A stretch of 64,000 nucleotides of DNA from Epithemia pelagica (taxonomy: Eukaryota > Protista > Bacillariophyta): positions 620,001-684,000 of the forward strand of contig OX337233.1 of NCBI GenBank assembly GCA_946965045.2, read 5' to 3'. The stretch's first letter is position 1. Each line of letters opens with the position of its first letter. The notes under the pieces are model-generated. The model ran no database searches and had not been told where the DNA came from. It saw nothing but the letters and a program-made list of their open reading frames with translations. Both the position numbers and the translations under genes were made by a program. Positions 21,303 through 30,552 of this stretch are shown one piece after another.

Positions 21303-23228
21303 ATGAGACGACCAAATACGAGTACCAACCGCCACCAACTGCAGAGTCCATCACACCAGGCCTCGACGACTCCCACTACTTCCATCAGCAGCAGTACCCC
21401 TCATTCTTCTTCTGCTTGTCGAGGAACGGCGTCTCGTCGGTCTCCATTGGTCCTCCTCCAATGCATGGCCGTCGTCCTGCTATTTGGTACCACCCTGTCG
21501 GTCCTCCTCTTGGCCTGGCATGTACCAACGACAACAACAATCACGACAATCCATAAAACTGACAATCCTACTACTACCACAAAACAACCACCACCCTTTT
21601 ACGACAATGGGACCACACGACGAACGTTGACCCACCAACGACTGCCACTAGGACACTCCAACAACCACAACACGACTACGGCGACCACCACCACCACAAG
21701 CACACACCTGCCCATTGTTTTGCCCGTGTGGATGCAAGAGTATATTGCCTGGCATCAAGCCATGCGTCGGCACTTTCCCGGTAAATTATTGTGGGAGCAT
21801 CCCAACGCTCCGCCCTTGTTGATTCGCACCTGTTTGGGCTTGTGTGGCGGCTGGCACGATCGAGTGGGACAATTACCGACCGACTTGTATCTGGCCCATC
21901 AATTGCAACGCGTCTACCTCATTCATTGGCATCGACCCGTACCCCTCGAACACTTTGTGCAACCACCGTCCCCTGCCACCAATCCATGGGCCTTGGATTG
22001 GCGCGTTCCACCCGAGATTCCCGGATATTTTCCCATTCCCCCCAAAGATCGCTTGACGCGCGTCGAATTGCGCGTGGTGCGATCGACCGTGCCCGACTTG
22101 TTTGAGGGATCTCCCTCGGATCATCCCACGGACGAGTTTTGGTACAAGGATGTTCCACAAGCCTTGGAGCGGGCCAAAACTGGCGCCCATGCCCACCATC
22201 ATGTCTTGCGACATCGCGTCTTGGGACATTTGCATCCGCACATTTTGGAGGAATGGTTGCGACAGGAACAACAGAAACGACTCCAAGAGTCGTCGTGGAG
22301 CAATGCCACGTGGCGCGCCATGGTAGCCGACGACTCGTATTGGAAGGTCCATGCCGCACCCTGGTTTGGCAATCTGTTTCATGCCCTCTTTCAACCGTCG
22401 GACGCCGTTCAAGCCGAATTGAATCGGGTCCAACGCGACGAATTGGGCGTATCGTCGTCCACACCCACCATGTCGTCCATGTGGGATGGCGTCCATTGTC
22501 GGGTCCGACATCCCAAGGCCACGGCCACCTTGGTCCAAGGCATTCATCCCAATCATCCCGCCGACAAGTCCGGCTTGCCCTGGAAGGGTCCCACCAAGGA
22601 CTTTGCCATTGCCCTTGCCACTCATGCTCTCAAGTGTGCCGTGTGGTTGCGCGACCAACAACAACCACAATCCCAACCATCCAGACAATCCCAAGAACAA
22701 TCGCTTCGACCCATTTATTTCTTTTCCGATTCCAATGATTTGGTGGCCTATTTTCAAGACTTGCAACAAAAGCACATCCACAACGACAAGAATGGTCGAC
22801 CTGTGCCCGCTGCGGCTACCGCCGCGGAACGAGCGGCCCACGACTTGTTTCAATCCTCGTCATCCACAAGGATTCACCTCTTGATGCGCAACATTTCGCA
22901 GGTGGAAAATGCCCATTTGGATCGTCAAAAGGGACGACCACCGGCGGCCTATTTTGGAACCATTGTCGATTTTTACTTGGCATTGAAAGCGGAATGTGTC
23001 ACGTTTGGCATTGGCTATTATGCCGCCTTTGCCGCCCAAGTGTCGGGCAGCCACTGTACCGTGCAATACCAACGCGACGCCTGGACCAGTCCCGGAATGA
23101 CCCATCAACCACACCAACCACAAACGCCCTTTTGCCCCTTGCCACCGCCACCCTCCTTGGTGGTGGAACTCCCACCCGACGACTCCGAGTCGTCGTCGTT
23201 GCACGAGAAGGAAGAGGAGGAATTCTAA
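21303..23228 (+). CDS. Type II membrane glycosyltransferase, fucosyltransferase-like (GT-B, FUT8/NodZ/O-FucT-like)
   Basis: N-terminal TM (LVLLQCMAVVLLFGTTLSVLLLAW), Thr-rich stem, CGGWHDR, VHCRVRH, IYFFSD and VDFYLALKAECVTFG resemble fucosyltransferase motifs. Confidence 0.55.
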   Translation: MRRPNTSTNRHQLQSPSHQASTTPTTSISSSTPHSSSACRGTASRRSPLVLLQCMAVVLLFGTTLSVLLLAWHVPTTTTITTIHKTDNPTTTTKQPPPFYDNGTTRRTLTHQRLPLGHSNNHNTTTATTTTTSTHLPIVLPVWMQEYIAWHQAMRRHFPGKLLWEHPNAPPLLIRTCLGLCGGWHDRVGQLPTDLYLAHQLQRVYLIHWHRPVPLEHFVQPPSPATNPWALDWRVPPEIPGYFPIPPKDRLTRVELRVVRSTVPDLFEGSPSDHPTDEFWYKDVPQALERAKTGAHAHHHVLRHRVLGHLHPHILEEWLRQEQQKRLQESSWSNATWRAMVADDSYWKVHAAPWFGNLFHALFQPSDAVQAELNRVQRDELGVSSSTPTMSSMWDGVHCRVRHPKATATLVQGIHPNHPADKSGLPWKGPTKDFAIALATHALKCAVWLRDQQQPQSQPSRQSQEQSLRPIYFFSDSNDLVAYFQDLQQKHIHNDKNGRPVPAAATAAERAAHDLFQSSSSTRIHLLMRNISQVENAHLDRQKGRPPAAYFGTIVDFYLALKAECVTFGIGYYAAFAAQVSGSHCTVQYQRDAWTSPGMTHQPHQPQTPFCPLPPPPSLVVELPPDDSESSSLHEKEEEEF

Positions 23229-23717
23229 TCGCTAATGGGTCACCACCAAACTCCCTGGTGGTGATGGTCGTCGTCGTCGTACAGAGGAACCCATTCCAGG
23301 CCGTGCTTCTCTCATTGTGTCATGGGTCACACATCATCTTTGGTAGTGGTACAGCAACACACGCCACCAAGTAGTGGTGGGTAAATGTACTACCTATTCT
23401 ATCGAGACATTCAACCGCACACCATCACTCTGTCCCAAACGCACACACAAGGCTGGGATTGTGCCCAGGGATCGGATGCAGAGCGCTCCTACCGTCTCGC
23501 ATCTTCTATAGCATGGGAACACAGGAACCAAAAAAGGAGCTTGAAAATGTATAAGTTGCTACTATAGTGTATAATAATACGAAACGATCCGAACGCGCGG
23601 ATCCATTCTTGATACTTTTCGTGATAATGCCAGCGAAAGGGAATGAGACAAGAGATTGAACCTCGCCCCAACCCCTCTACGACTGCACTACTAGAAAAGT
23701 CATGCATGTGTCTCTCA

Positions 23718-26700
23718 TCATGACACGGGGTCCGATTTTCGTCGTCCAAAAAAGCCACTTCGTCCACTTCGAGGGGACGGTGTGGCAATGGGAACTGGTG
23801 GGGCCGAGGTTGGCATGGGTGGTGGAGGTGGTGGAGGAGGCTCCATGGACGCGGCTCGGGCCTTTTCCAATTTGGCTTCCAAGTTTTGAATTCGTTTGGA
23901 CTGTTCGGCCACCTTGAGTTGCAGAGCCGCAATCTTTTCTTGAGCTGCCGCCAGTTCGTTTTCGGTCGCAATACTGTTGACGCCACCTGGTGTGCTCTTT
24001 TCCAATCGATCCTTCAATTCGGTATTCTCCTCTTGCAGTGTGGAATTCCGCCATTTTAGTTTCTCCATACGATCCTTAATCTCTTGAATCTTGATTTCCA
24101 TGGCCAAATCATGGGCATTTCGGTGTTGATCTTCCGAACTTGTTTGACTTTCCAACGACTCGATTGTTTCTTGGAGCTTTTGGACCTGAGAGGTGTGGGC
24201 AACTTCCTTGTCGTGTAACTCCTGTCTAAGAGTGTTCAATTCTCGTTCTTGTCCAGCCGCTGTTGCCGTCAAGGCGACCAATTCTTGTTGCATATCTTCA
24301 ATCTCCTCTCGTCGTCCAGCCGTCGCATTCACCATGGATCCTTGCAAATGGTCCATTTCGGTACGCATATTTTCAATCAACTGCTGTGATGCTTGTACTG
24401 TATGCTCCAGCTGGAGGATATGGGTATCTCGTTGTTGGATTTCCGACTGTGCGTGTCCCTCCAACTCTTTGATTTGGTTCTCAAGTGTAGTTATTTGAGT
24501 CGATGACTCCTCTTCCACCTTGGCGCCGCCCTCTTTGGCTGCCTGCAATTCCGTTCGAAGCTTATCGACCAAGACATCCTTGTCCAAGGTCAAGAGGGAC
24601 AATTTTCGTTCGTAATTGTCAATAATGGTCCGTTCCGATACTTCTCGGTCTTCATCGGCCTGTTCCAACTTGGCCTTGAATTCTTGAATGATTTCCTCGT
24701 CCTTTCGGAGTTGATCAATCGTCTTTTGAGCTTCGTCCAACTGTTGCGTCAAGTGCTCCACTTCGGCCATGAGTTCTTCCTTTTCTTCTTCAAATCGCGC
24801 ATGCTCGTGCTCTGTTCGTTCCGCGGCCATGCGTTCCAGTTCGCGAATTGTATTCTTGGCCTCGTCCAAGGCTGTCGACTGATTGGCCAAATTCCGTTGC
24901 AACGAGTCAATTTCATCGCGCAGTTCGAGTTCGTCGCCACTCATGGATTTGTTGTCCGCAAGTGCATGCTTCAAATCCTGAATCATACGGTCTCGTTCGA
25001 CAATTTCCATTTGCAAATTCTCCAACCGTTCCTGTTGAAGTTTGACATGTTCTTCTCCTGGTTGTGCCGAGGATGCCGCAACTCCCTCCATGGGCTGTCC
25101 TGGCAATTGGCTCTTGAGGCGATCCAATTCTTGTTGCAACTCTCGAACACGATTGCTGGCATGGTCCGCCACTTCTTGTGCCTTGGCCGTTTCGCGTTGG
25201 GCATGCGTCAATTGATCGGCGGCCATTCCGGCATCGTGTGCGGTTCGTCTCAAAATACGCAGCTCCTTCATTTGTTCCGCATTGGCCTCTCGCAACTCAT
25301 CCAATTCCGCCTCCAAACTGTAGACCCGCTGCATGGCATCCGAGTCTTGTGAACTCGCACTTGGTTGCGAGTGCTGAGCTTCCGAGGATGTTGCCCCTTG
25401 AGATTGTTGTTGTTGTTGTTGAAGCGACTCGGTGAGTTCATGCACTTTGAGTTCCAGTGCCGTCATGGCTTCTTCGGCTTGAATGGCTCGATCCAAAGCA
25501 GATTGTGCGGCCCGACGCTGCGATTCAGCTTCTTGCTCCACATTGCCCAATCGACCTTCCTTTTCGGCCAATTTGCGTTTGAGCTTTTCAATTTCTTCAT
25601 CTTGTTCAATGACTTGTCCGGCAAACATTTCGGTTTCTTGCCGCAATTCTTCCAATTCCATCTCATCGGCCGACTGGGATCGATTAATGGCCGCAGCTGC
25701 CTGTTGTTGCTGTTCCTCGAGTTGTCGTTTCAAATCCGCAATGCATTCTTCTTGCTCGACCGATTGTCGGGCCAGTTTGGCAATGGCATCGTCTCGGTCC
25801 TTGAGTTGTTGCACGGGAACAATGCTACTGTTCCCGCCCATGCTTTGACCACCCACAGTGCTGGCGTCGTCTCCGTCACCACTTGTATTATTCGCGTTGT
25901 TGGCCGATCGGACTTCATTCATGCGTTGCCGCAATCGTCCATTTTCCAATTTGGCATGATGCAATTGTCGTTTCAGTCGAAAGACTTCATTGGACAATCG
26001 CGTTTCCGTTTCCTTGTAGGCATCCAAGGACGATTTGAGTTTGCCCAAATCTTCGCCCTTGGCCAAAATGACATCGACACCTTCTTCCGTCGTCCCATGC
26101 GAGGCCTTGGACAAGCGCGCCTGCAACAAATCCATTTCAATTTGCATGGACGCAATTTGTTGTTCCATGGTCACCGAGGATTTGACCAGGGCCGAAATGG
26201 TTGTGTCACGATCCTGCAACTTTTCCTTGAGTTCATTGGTATCGCGTTCCTTGTCGGCATGAGCCGCCGTACACAATTCCTTGAGTGTGGCTTCCGATTG
26301 GGCCAATTCGGCCACGACAATGCGCAAGGACTCGAGTTCTTCTTGTTGCTTTTCCTGTTCTTCCTTGGATGGCAGGTATTGAGAATCAACGACCGCCAAG
26401 GCATTTTCCTTGTTGGACTTTTCTTCTTCTGGTTGTTGTCGTGATGGTTGAGGGTTGTCAAAGGGTTCTTCTTGATCCATGGACGCTTGCAATTGTTGCT
26501 GTTGTTGTTGCTTTTGCTGTTCCAGTGACACAACTTGTTGTTCGAGGTAGGTGGCTCGATCTTGCCAATCATGAATTTGTTGTTCCAAGGCTTGCTTGTT
26601 TTGTTGCAGCGATTGAATTTGCACTTGACAGTCTTGGACTTCTTGCGCATGATCCAAATCCAAGGAAGCCAATCGTCGATTGGCCTCGGTCCATCGTTGT

Positions 26701-28856
26701 TGGGTATCAACCAAGTCTTGTTCCACGGCAATCAATTGGTCCTGCAATTCGGCCGTTTGGTGTTCCTTTTCCGTCGCCAATTGATCCAATTGCGCTTGCA
26801 AGGTTTCCAATTGAACTTGTTTCGAGGCCAAGAGATCATCGGCGTCTTGGTCTTGGTCATCGCCGGCCAAACCTCGTCTCCGAGTCGCTGGTTGTGCTTG
26901 TGCGGCATGATGCGTTTCGTCCAGTTGTTCCTGCAAGTGTGCCACTTGCTCGGCCAATTCATCGCGTTCTTCCGACACTTGGAGAATGCGGGTTTCCAAT
27001 TCGGCCACAATGGCTTCTTTTTGCGTGAGTTGGGCATTCCACTCGTGTCGTCCTTGCTCCAAGTCCTGTTGCAATTCTTGGACTTCGATCTGCAATTGCT
27101 GAATCTCGTGTTGATGATGATGATGTTGTTGATGCTGTTGTTGTTGTTGCGACAAGGACCCTCGTTTGAGAGTGGGAGGTCCCAATTCATCTTCTTCGTC
27201 TTCGTCTTCGTCATTGTCAGTATCGTTGGCTTGTTCCTTTTCGTGGCTCGCCGCCTTTTCGAGAGCAGCCGCTGCATCGGCTTCGGCTTGCGCCGCTCGT
27301 TCTCGTGCCGCTACGGTTTCGGCGTTTGCTTGCGCCGCGCGTTCTTGTGCCGCTACGGTTTCGGCTTGCGCTTGCTCTGCTCGTTCTTGCGCCACTACGA
27401 CTTGGGTTTGCGCGTGTTGCAATTGCTCTTGCACTTGATTCAATTCCTCTTGGAGTCGTGTCAGTTCTTGTTTATCGGTCTCCTCCTCCTCTTTTTGTTG
27501 TTCTTGCTGTTGTTGCAATTCTTGTTGGACCGTTTGCACTTGACTGCGCAATTGTCGAATTTCATCTTCTTGAGCATCGTTCAAGACGCGCAAATCATCC
27601 GCTTCTTCCTTGTACCACACTTCTTGGGCCGCCGCTTGTCGTTGCACCTCGTGACACTTGGTTTCGGCCGCCGTCAATTCGCGACTGTATTGCAACACCT
27701 TTTGACGCAATTCGGCAATGGTCGCCTCATCCTTGTCGGTACGCTGGCCACGAACGGTTGTCGTGGCCGTCAACGTGTCCCCATTCTCGTCTTGCTGTGA
27801 TTGTGCTTGTTGTTGTTGTTTGGCAACGGTCAACGCTTGTTGCAATTCACTCACTTGAGTTTCCAAGGCGTCCACCTCTTGTTCGTGTTTGGATTGCGAG
27901 TGCAAGGCCTTGGTTTGCAATTCCGCCAAGGCTTGTTCCGTCCGAACCAAGGCTTGTTGCGTATGCTGCAAGACATCCTTGTTGGTGTTGGTAGAAGTGT
28001 TGTTGTTGTGACCATTGGACGGTGGATCCTGTTGCTGTTGCTGACTTGTGGTGGTGCTTTGTTGCAGGCGTTGATTTTCCGCTTGCAAGGCCTGGACTTG
28101 AGCTTGCAATTCGTTGAGTGTCTCCGACGAAGGAGTGCCACTCGTCTCGGTGGGTTGTGAATTGTCCTTGGTATTGTTGTTGCCATTATTGGAGGATGCC
28201 GCCAGCAATTGCGATTTCAAATCGGAAATGGCATGTCGATGAAAGGCCGATTCTTCCTTGAGCCGCGCCATCCAATCGTCTTGTTCGCGGAGTTTTTGGG
28301 CCGCCAATTTGCGCTTGTGTTCCGATTTTTGCAGCTGACGGGACGTTTCCTTGCACGTTTCTTGGTATTGTTGCAACTTGGTTTCAAACTGCCGCGTCGA
28401 TTCGTTCAATTGATTCATAAAGTCGGCTTCCAAGGCCGCCGTCCGGGCCGTTAACCGGGCATTGGATTGCCGCAATTCGCGAATCATTTGCGGGGCCGTT
28501 TTTTGACTCGATCCATGCAAACTCCCATTGTCATTGTGAATGCTGCGATCGACCGAATCTTGGGACGGCAGTCGCAAAATTTCGGGAAATGCATTGTCGT
28601 TGTTGTTGTTGTTGGAGGACGACAAGAAGCTGCCCCGGGCCGGAGAATTAGGTGCCGACGAGGTACTAATGGATCGGGGAATGGGACCACCGCCACCACC
28701 CCCACCGCCACCCGTGCCGCCGCCACCGCCGACACTGGCACTGCTGCTGCCACCACCGCCATGGACCGGTGTACTGGGACGCGGTGCCATGCCGGAAATG
28801 ACATCCAAGGTTCCCTCCAACCAACTGCGCGTCGACGACGACGACGAGGCGGCCAT
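23718..28856 (-). CDS. Very large coiled-coil protein (1712 aa; golgin/centrosomal/myosin-tail-like architecture)
   Basis: Single long ORF rich in E/Q/L heptads, Gly/Ser-rich N-terminus, Pro-rich C-terminus; no catalytic motif recognised. Confidence 0.85.
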   Translation of the reverse strand: MAASSSSSTRSWLEGTLDVISGMAPRPSTPVHGGGGSSSASVGGGGGTGGGGGGGGGPIPRSISTSSAPNSPARGSFLSSSNNNNNDNAFPEILRLPSQDSVDRSIHNDNGSLHGSSQKTAPQMIRELRQSNARLTARTAALEADFMNQLNESTRQFETKLQQYQETCKETSRQLQKSEHKRKLAAQKLREQDDWMARLKEESAFHRHAISDLKSQLLAASSNNGNNNTKDNSQPTETSGTPSSETLNELQAQVQALQAENQRLQQSTTTSQQQQQDPPSNGHNNNTSTNTNKDVLQHTQQALVRTEQALAELQTKALHSQSKHEQEVDALETQVSELQQALTVAKQQQQAQSQQDENGDTLTATTTVRGQRTDKDEATIAELRQKVLQYSRELTAAETKCHEVQRQAAAQEVWYKEEADDLRVLNDAQEDEIRQLRSQVQTVQQELQQQQEQQKEEEETDKQELTRLQEELNQVQEQLQHAQTQVVVAQERAEQAQAETVAAQERAAQANAETVAARERAAQAEADAAAALEKAASHEKEQANDTDNDEDEDEEDELGPPTLKRGSLSQQQQQHQQHHHHQHEIQQLQIEVQELQQDLEQGRHEWNAQLTQKEAIVAELETRILQVSEERDELAEQVAHLQEQLDETHHAAQAQPATRRRGLAGDDQDQDADDLLASKQVQLETLQAQLDQLATEKEHQTAELQDQLIAVEQDLVDTQQRWTEANRRLASLDLDHAQEVQDCQVQIQSLQQNKQALEQQIHDWQDRATYLEQQVVSLEQQKQQQQQQLQASMDQEEPFDNPQPSRQQPEEEKSNKENALAVVDSQYLPSKEEQEKQQEELESLRIVVAELAQSEATLKELCTAAHADKERDTNELKEKLQDRDTTISALVKSSVTMEQQIASMQIEMDLLQARLSKASHGTTEEGVDVILAKGEDLGKLKSSLDAYKETETRLSNEVFRLKRQLHHAKLENGRLRQRMNEVRSANNANNTSGDGDDASTVGGQSMGGNSSIVPVQQLKDRDDAIAKLARQSVEQEECIADLKRQLEEQQQQAAAAINRSQSADEMELEELRQETEMFAGQVIEQDEEIEKLKRKLAEKEGRLGNVEQEAESQRRAAQSALDRAIQAEEAMTALELKVHELTESLQQQQQQSQGATSSEAQHSQPSASSQDSDAMQRVYSLEAELDELREANAEQMKELRILRRTAHDAGMAADQLTHAQRETAKAQEVADHASNRVRELQQELDRLKSQLPGQPMEGVAASSAQPGEEHVKLQQERLENLQMEIVERDRMIQDLKHALADNKSMSGDELELRDEIDSLQRNLANQSTALDEAKNTIRELERMAAERTEHEHARFEEEKEELMAEVEHLTQQLDEAQKTIDQLRKDEEIIQEFKAKLEQADEDREVSERTIIDNYERKLSLLTLDKDVLVDKLRTELQAAKEGGAKVEEESSTQITTLENQIKELEGHAQSEIQQRDTHILQLEHTVQASQQLIENMRTEMDHLQGSMVNATAGRREEIEDMQQELVALTATAAGQERELNTLRQELHDKEVAHTSQVQKLQETIESLESQTSSEDQHRNAHDLAMEIKIQEIKDRMEKLKWRNSTLQEENTELKDRLEKSTPGGVNSIATENELAAAQEKIAALQLKVAEQSKRIQNLEAKLEKARAASMEPPPPPPPPMPTSAPPVPIATPSPRSGRSGFFGRRKSDPVS

Positions 28857-29635
28857 GATTGGACGTTGTGTTTGCTATTGCGTTTGTTGCGTTGTGATCA
28901 ATCAATCCAGGAATCAATGACTCAATCAATCCGAAGTTGTGTGTCCATAGAAATACACACTTGTTGTTGTTGTTGTCGTATCGCAAAAAGAGAAAAGAAA
29001 AGAGAGAGAGCTTTTGAATATAGATCGTTCTCTCCTCCTCCTCTCGTTACTCTAGGTGATTTGCCTGATTGGGGGTCTACTCTAGGACGACTGCCACAAG
29101 AGAAGCACCAGAATGGTCTTGGAATGGTCTTGGTTGGAGATGGAGTGTTGCGGCGGTCGTCTTTTGTTGTGTTGTGGTGGATCGTGTGGGAATGCGAGAG
29201 TCGGATGGCTCTTGGCATGAGTGGCTCGACAAAAATGCCTGGTAGTGTACGTGGAGTCGGCATGTGCTTCCGCATCCATTGTCAAACTCGAGCGCGCTGA
29301 CTGACCTACACCAAGAAACAGAACCTTACTATACTTTCATAGAAGAGATAGGGAGTGGAGATGTTCGGTACACGAACGGCAGGCGCGCAGTGCCTTTTTT
29401 TGGGAGCCGCAGACACACACGACCGATCCCACCGCGATTCTCTAGCTCAAGGAGAGGCTCGTTCGGATCGGATCTCCCATCGGATGCACCACCACACCAA
29501 CGACGACAACAACACACACACACTAGTAGGATGCAGAACAACACCTGCAACATCCAGTCAAGACTCGCCGTCCGGATCCTCGCTTTCTCTCCTGTCTGTG
29601 TACGCATAGAGTAATACTACTCCTATATTATAGTA

Positions 29636-30049
29636 TCACAGGAACCCGAGACACGATCCCAATAAGCGCCAGACGACAAAACCACCAAACACACAACCCA
29701 AAACAGGCAAAAAAACGAGCACCGTCATCCGTGGCAAGATGTGAACCTCTGTTCCCCCAAAGCCATTCGATGTGGGTGAATGGATTCTGCACATGCCAGT
29801 AGTGTGTCGCCAAAACCTTTTTGTGTTCCATGTGGGTGCGTTTTGGGCCGTGGCTGGAGTGTCGGACGTGTGGGCTTCCAATAAATACCATGGCGATATT
29901 ACTATTCGCTCGTGCCAAACTTGGGAGGATCTTGGGATGATCCAAGAGGAGTGACCCAATGAGCAACGATCGAGACGATAACCAATGACGACGACTTGAG
30001 GTGGTGTGTACAGGCGGGAGTCATTTGGACACGACAAAGGCTCTGTCAT
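29636..30049 (-). CDS. Possible 137-aa protein with a C-terminal TM segment
   Basis: ORF ends in hydrophobic MTVLVFLPVLGCVFGGFVVWRLLGSCLGFL; no family recognised. Confidence 0.35.
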   Translation of the reverse strand: MTEPLSCPNDSRLYTPPQVVVIGYRLDRCSLGHSSWIIPRSSQVWHERIVISPWYLLEAHTSDTPATAQNAPTWNTKRFWRHTTGMCRIHSPTSNGFGGTEVHILPRMTVLVFLPVLGCVFGGFVVWRLLGSCLGFL

Positions 30050-30325
30050 TGTGCTTGTCTGGCGGCGCGCGCAACGACAAGAGAGCCAACAATGATACAC
30101 TCCATTCTCACACCACCACCACCACAAAAACAGACGACAGTCCGTGGACCTCTTGTTGCCCCAGAAACCATGACAGATGCTTGTGGTGTTTCCAAGCGTA
30201 CGAGAGAGATTCGAGGAGAGAAGCAATCCTGCGTTTGACGATCCAATCTTATATTCTAGGTAGTATAATAGATTCTTCTATTCTAGGTAGTATAATAGAT
30301 ACTAGCTAGTGTCTATTCTACCCCG

Positions 30326-30357
30326 GTCCTCATATGAGGACAAATCCTCATATGAGG
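30326..30357. repeat. Left subterminal palindromes GTCCTCATATGAGGAC and TCCTCATATGAGG
   Basis: Read directly from the sequence; mirrored at the right end. Confidence 0.9.
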
Positions 30358-30552
30358 CCACTTTTCAACGTAGCATGTCAAATCATTCATGTACTCCTAA
30401 GAGTGGTTTTATTACAGATTCGTAATCTCCATACTTTAAAACATATCTCATAATATTCTCATGCTTTAATAATGATGAGTAGTGAAGATAATGTGTGAAA
30501 AGAAAAGACTACCCGCGTTGTGTGCGCATTAGAAAAAAATTTCCATGTCACA

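Noticed and set aside
24684-28454. Many long + strand ORFs rich in L/F/Q
   Set aside because: Antisense shadows of the coiled-coil gene's codon bias
29264-29614. Short ORFs and an acceptor-like site (CTGAC...ACAG) upstream of the coiled-coil gene
   Set aside because: No coherent gene model or motif
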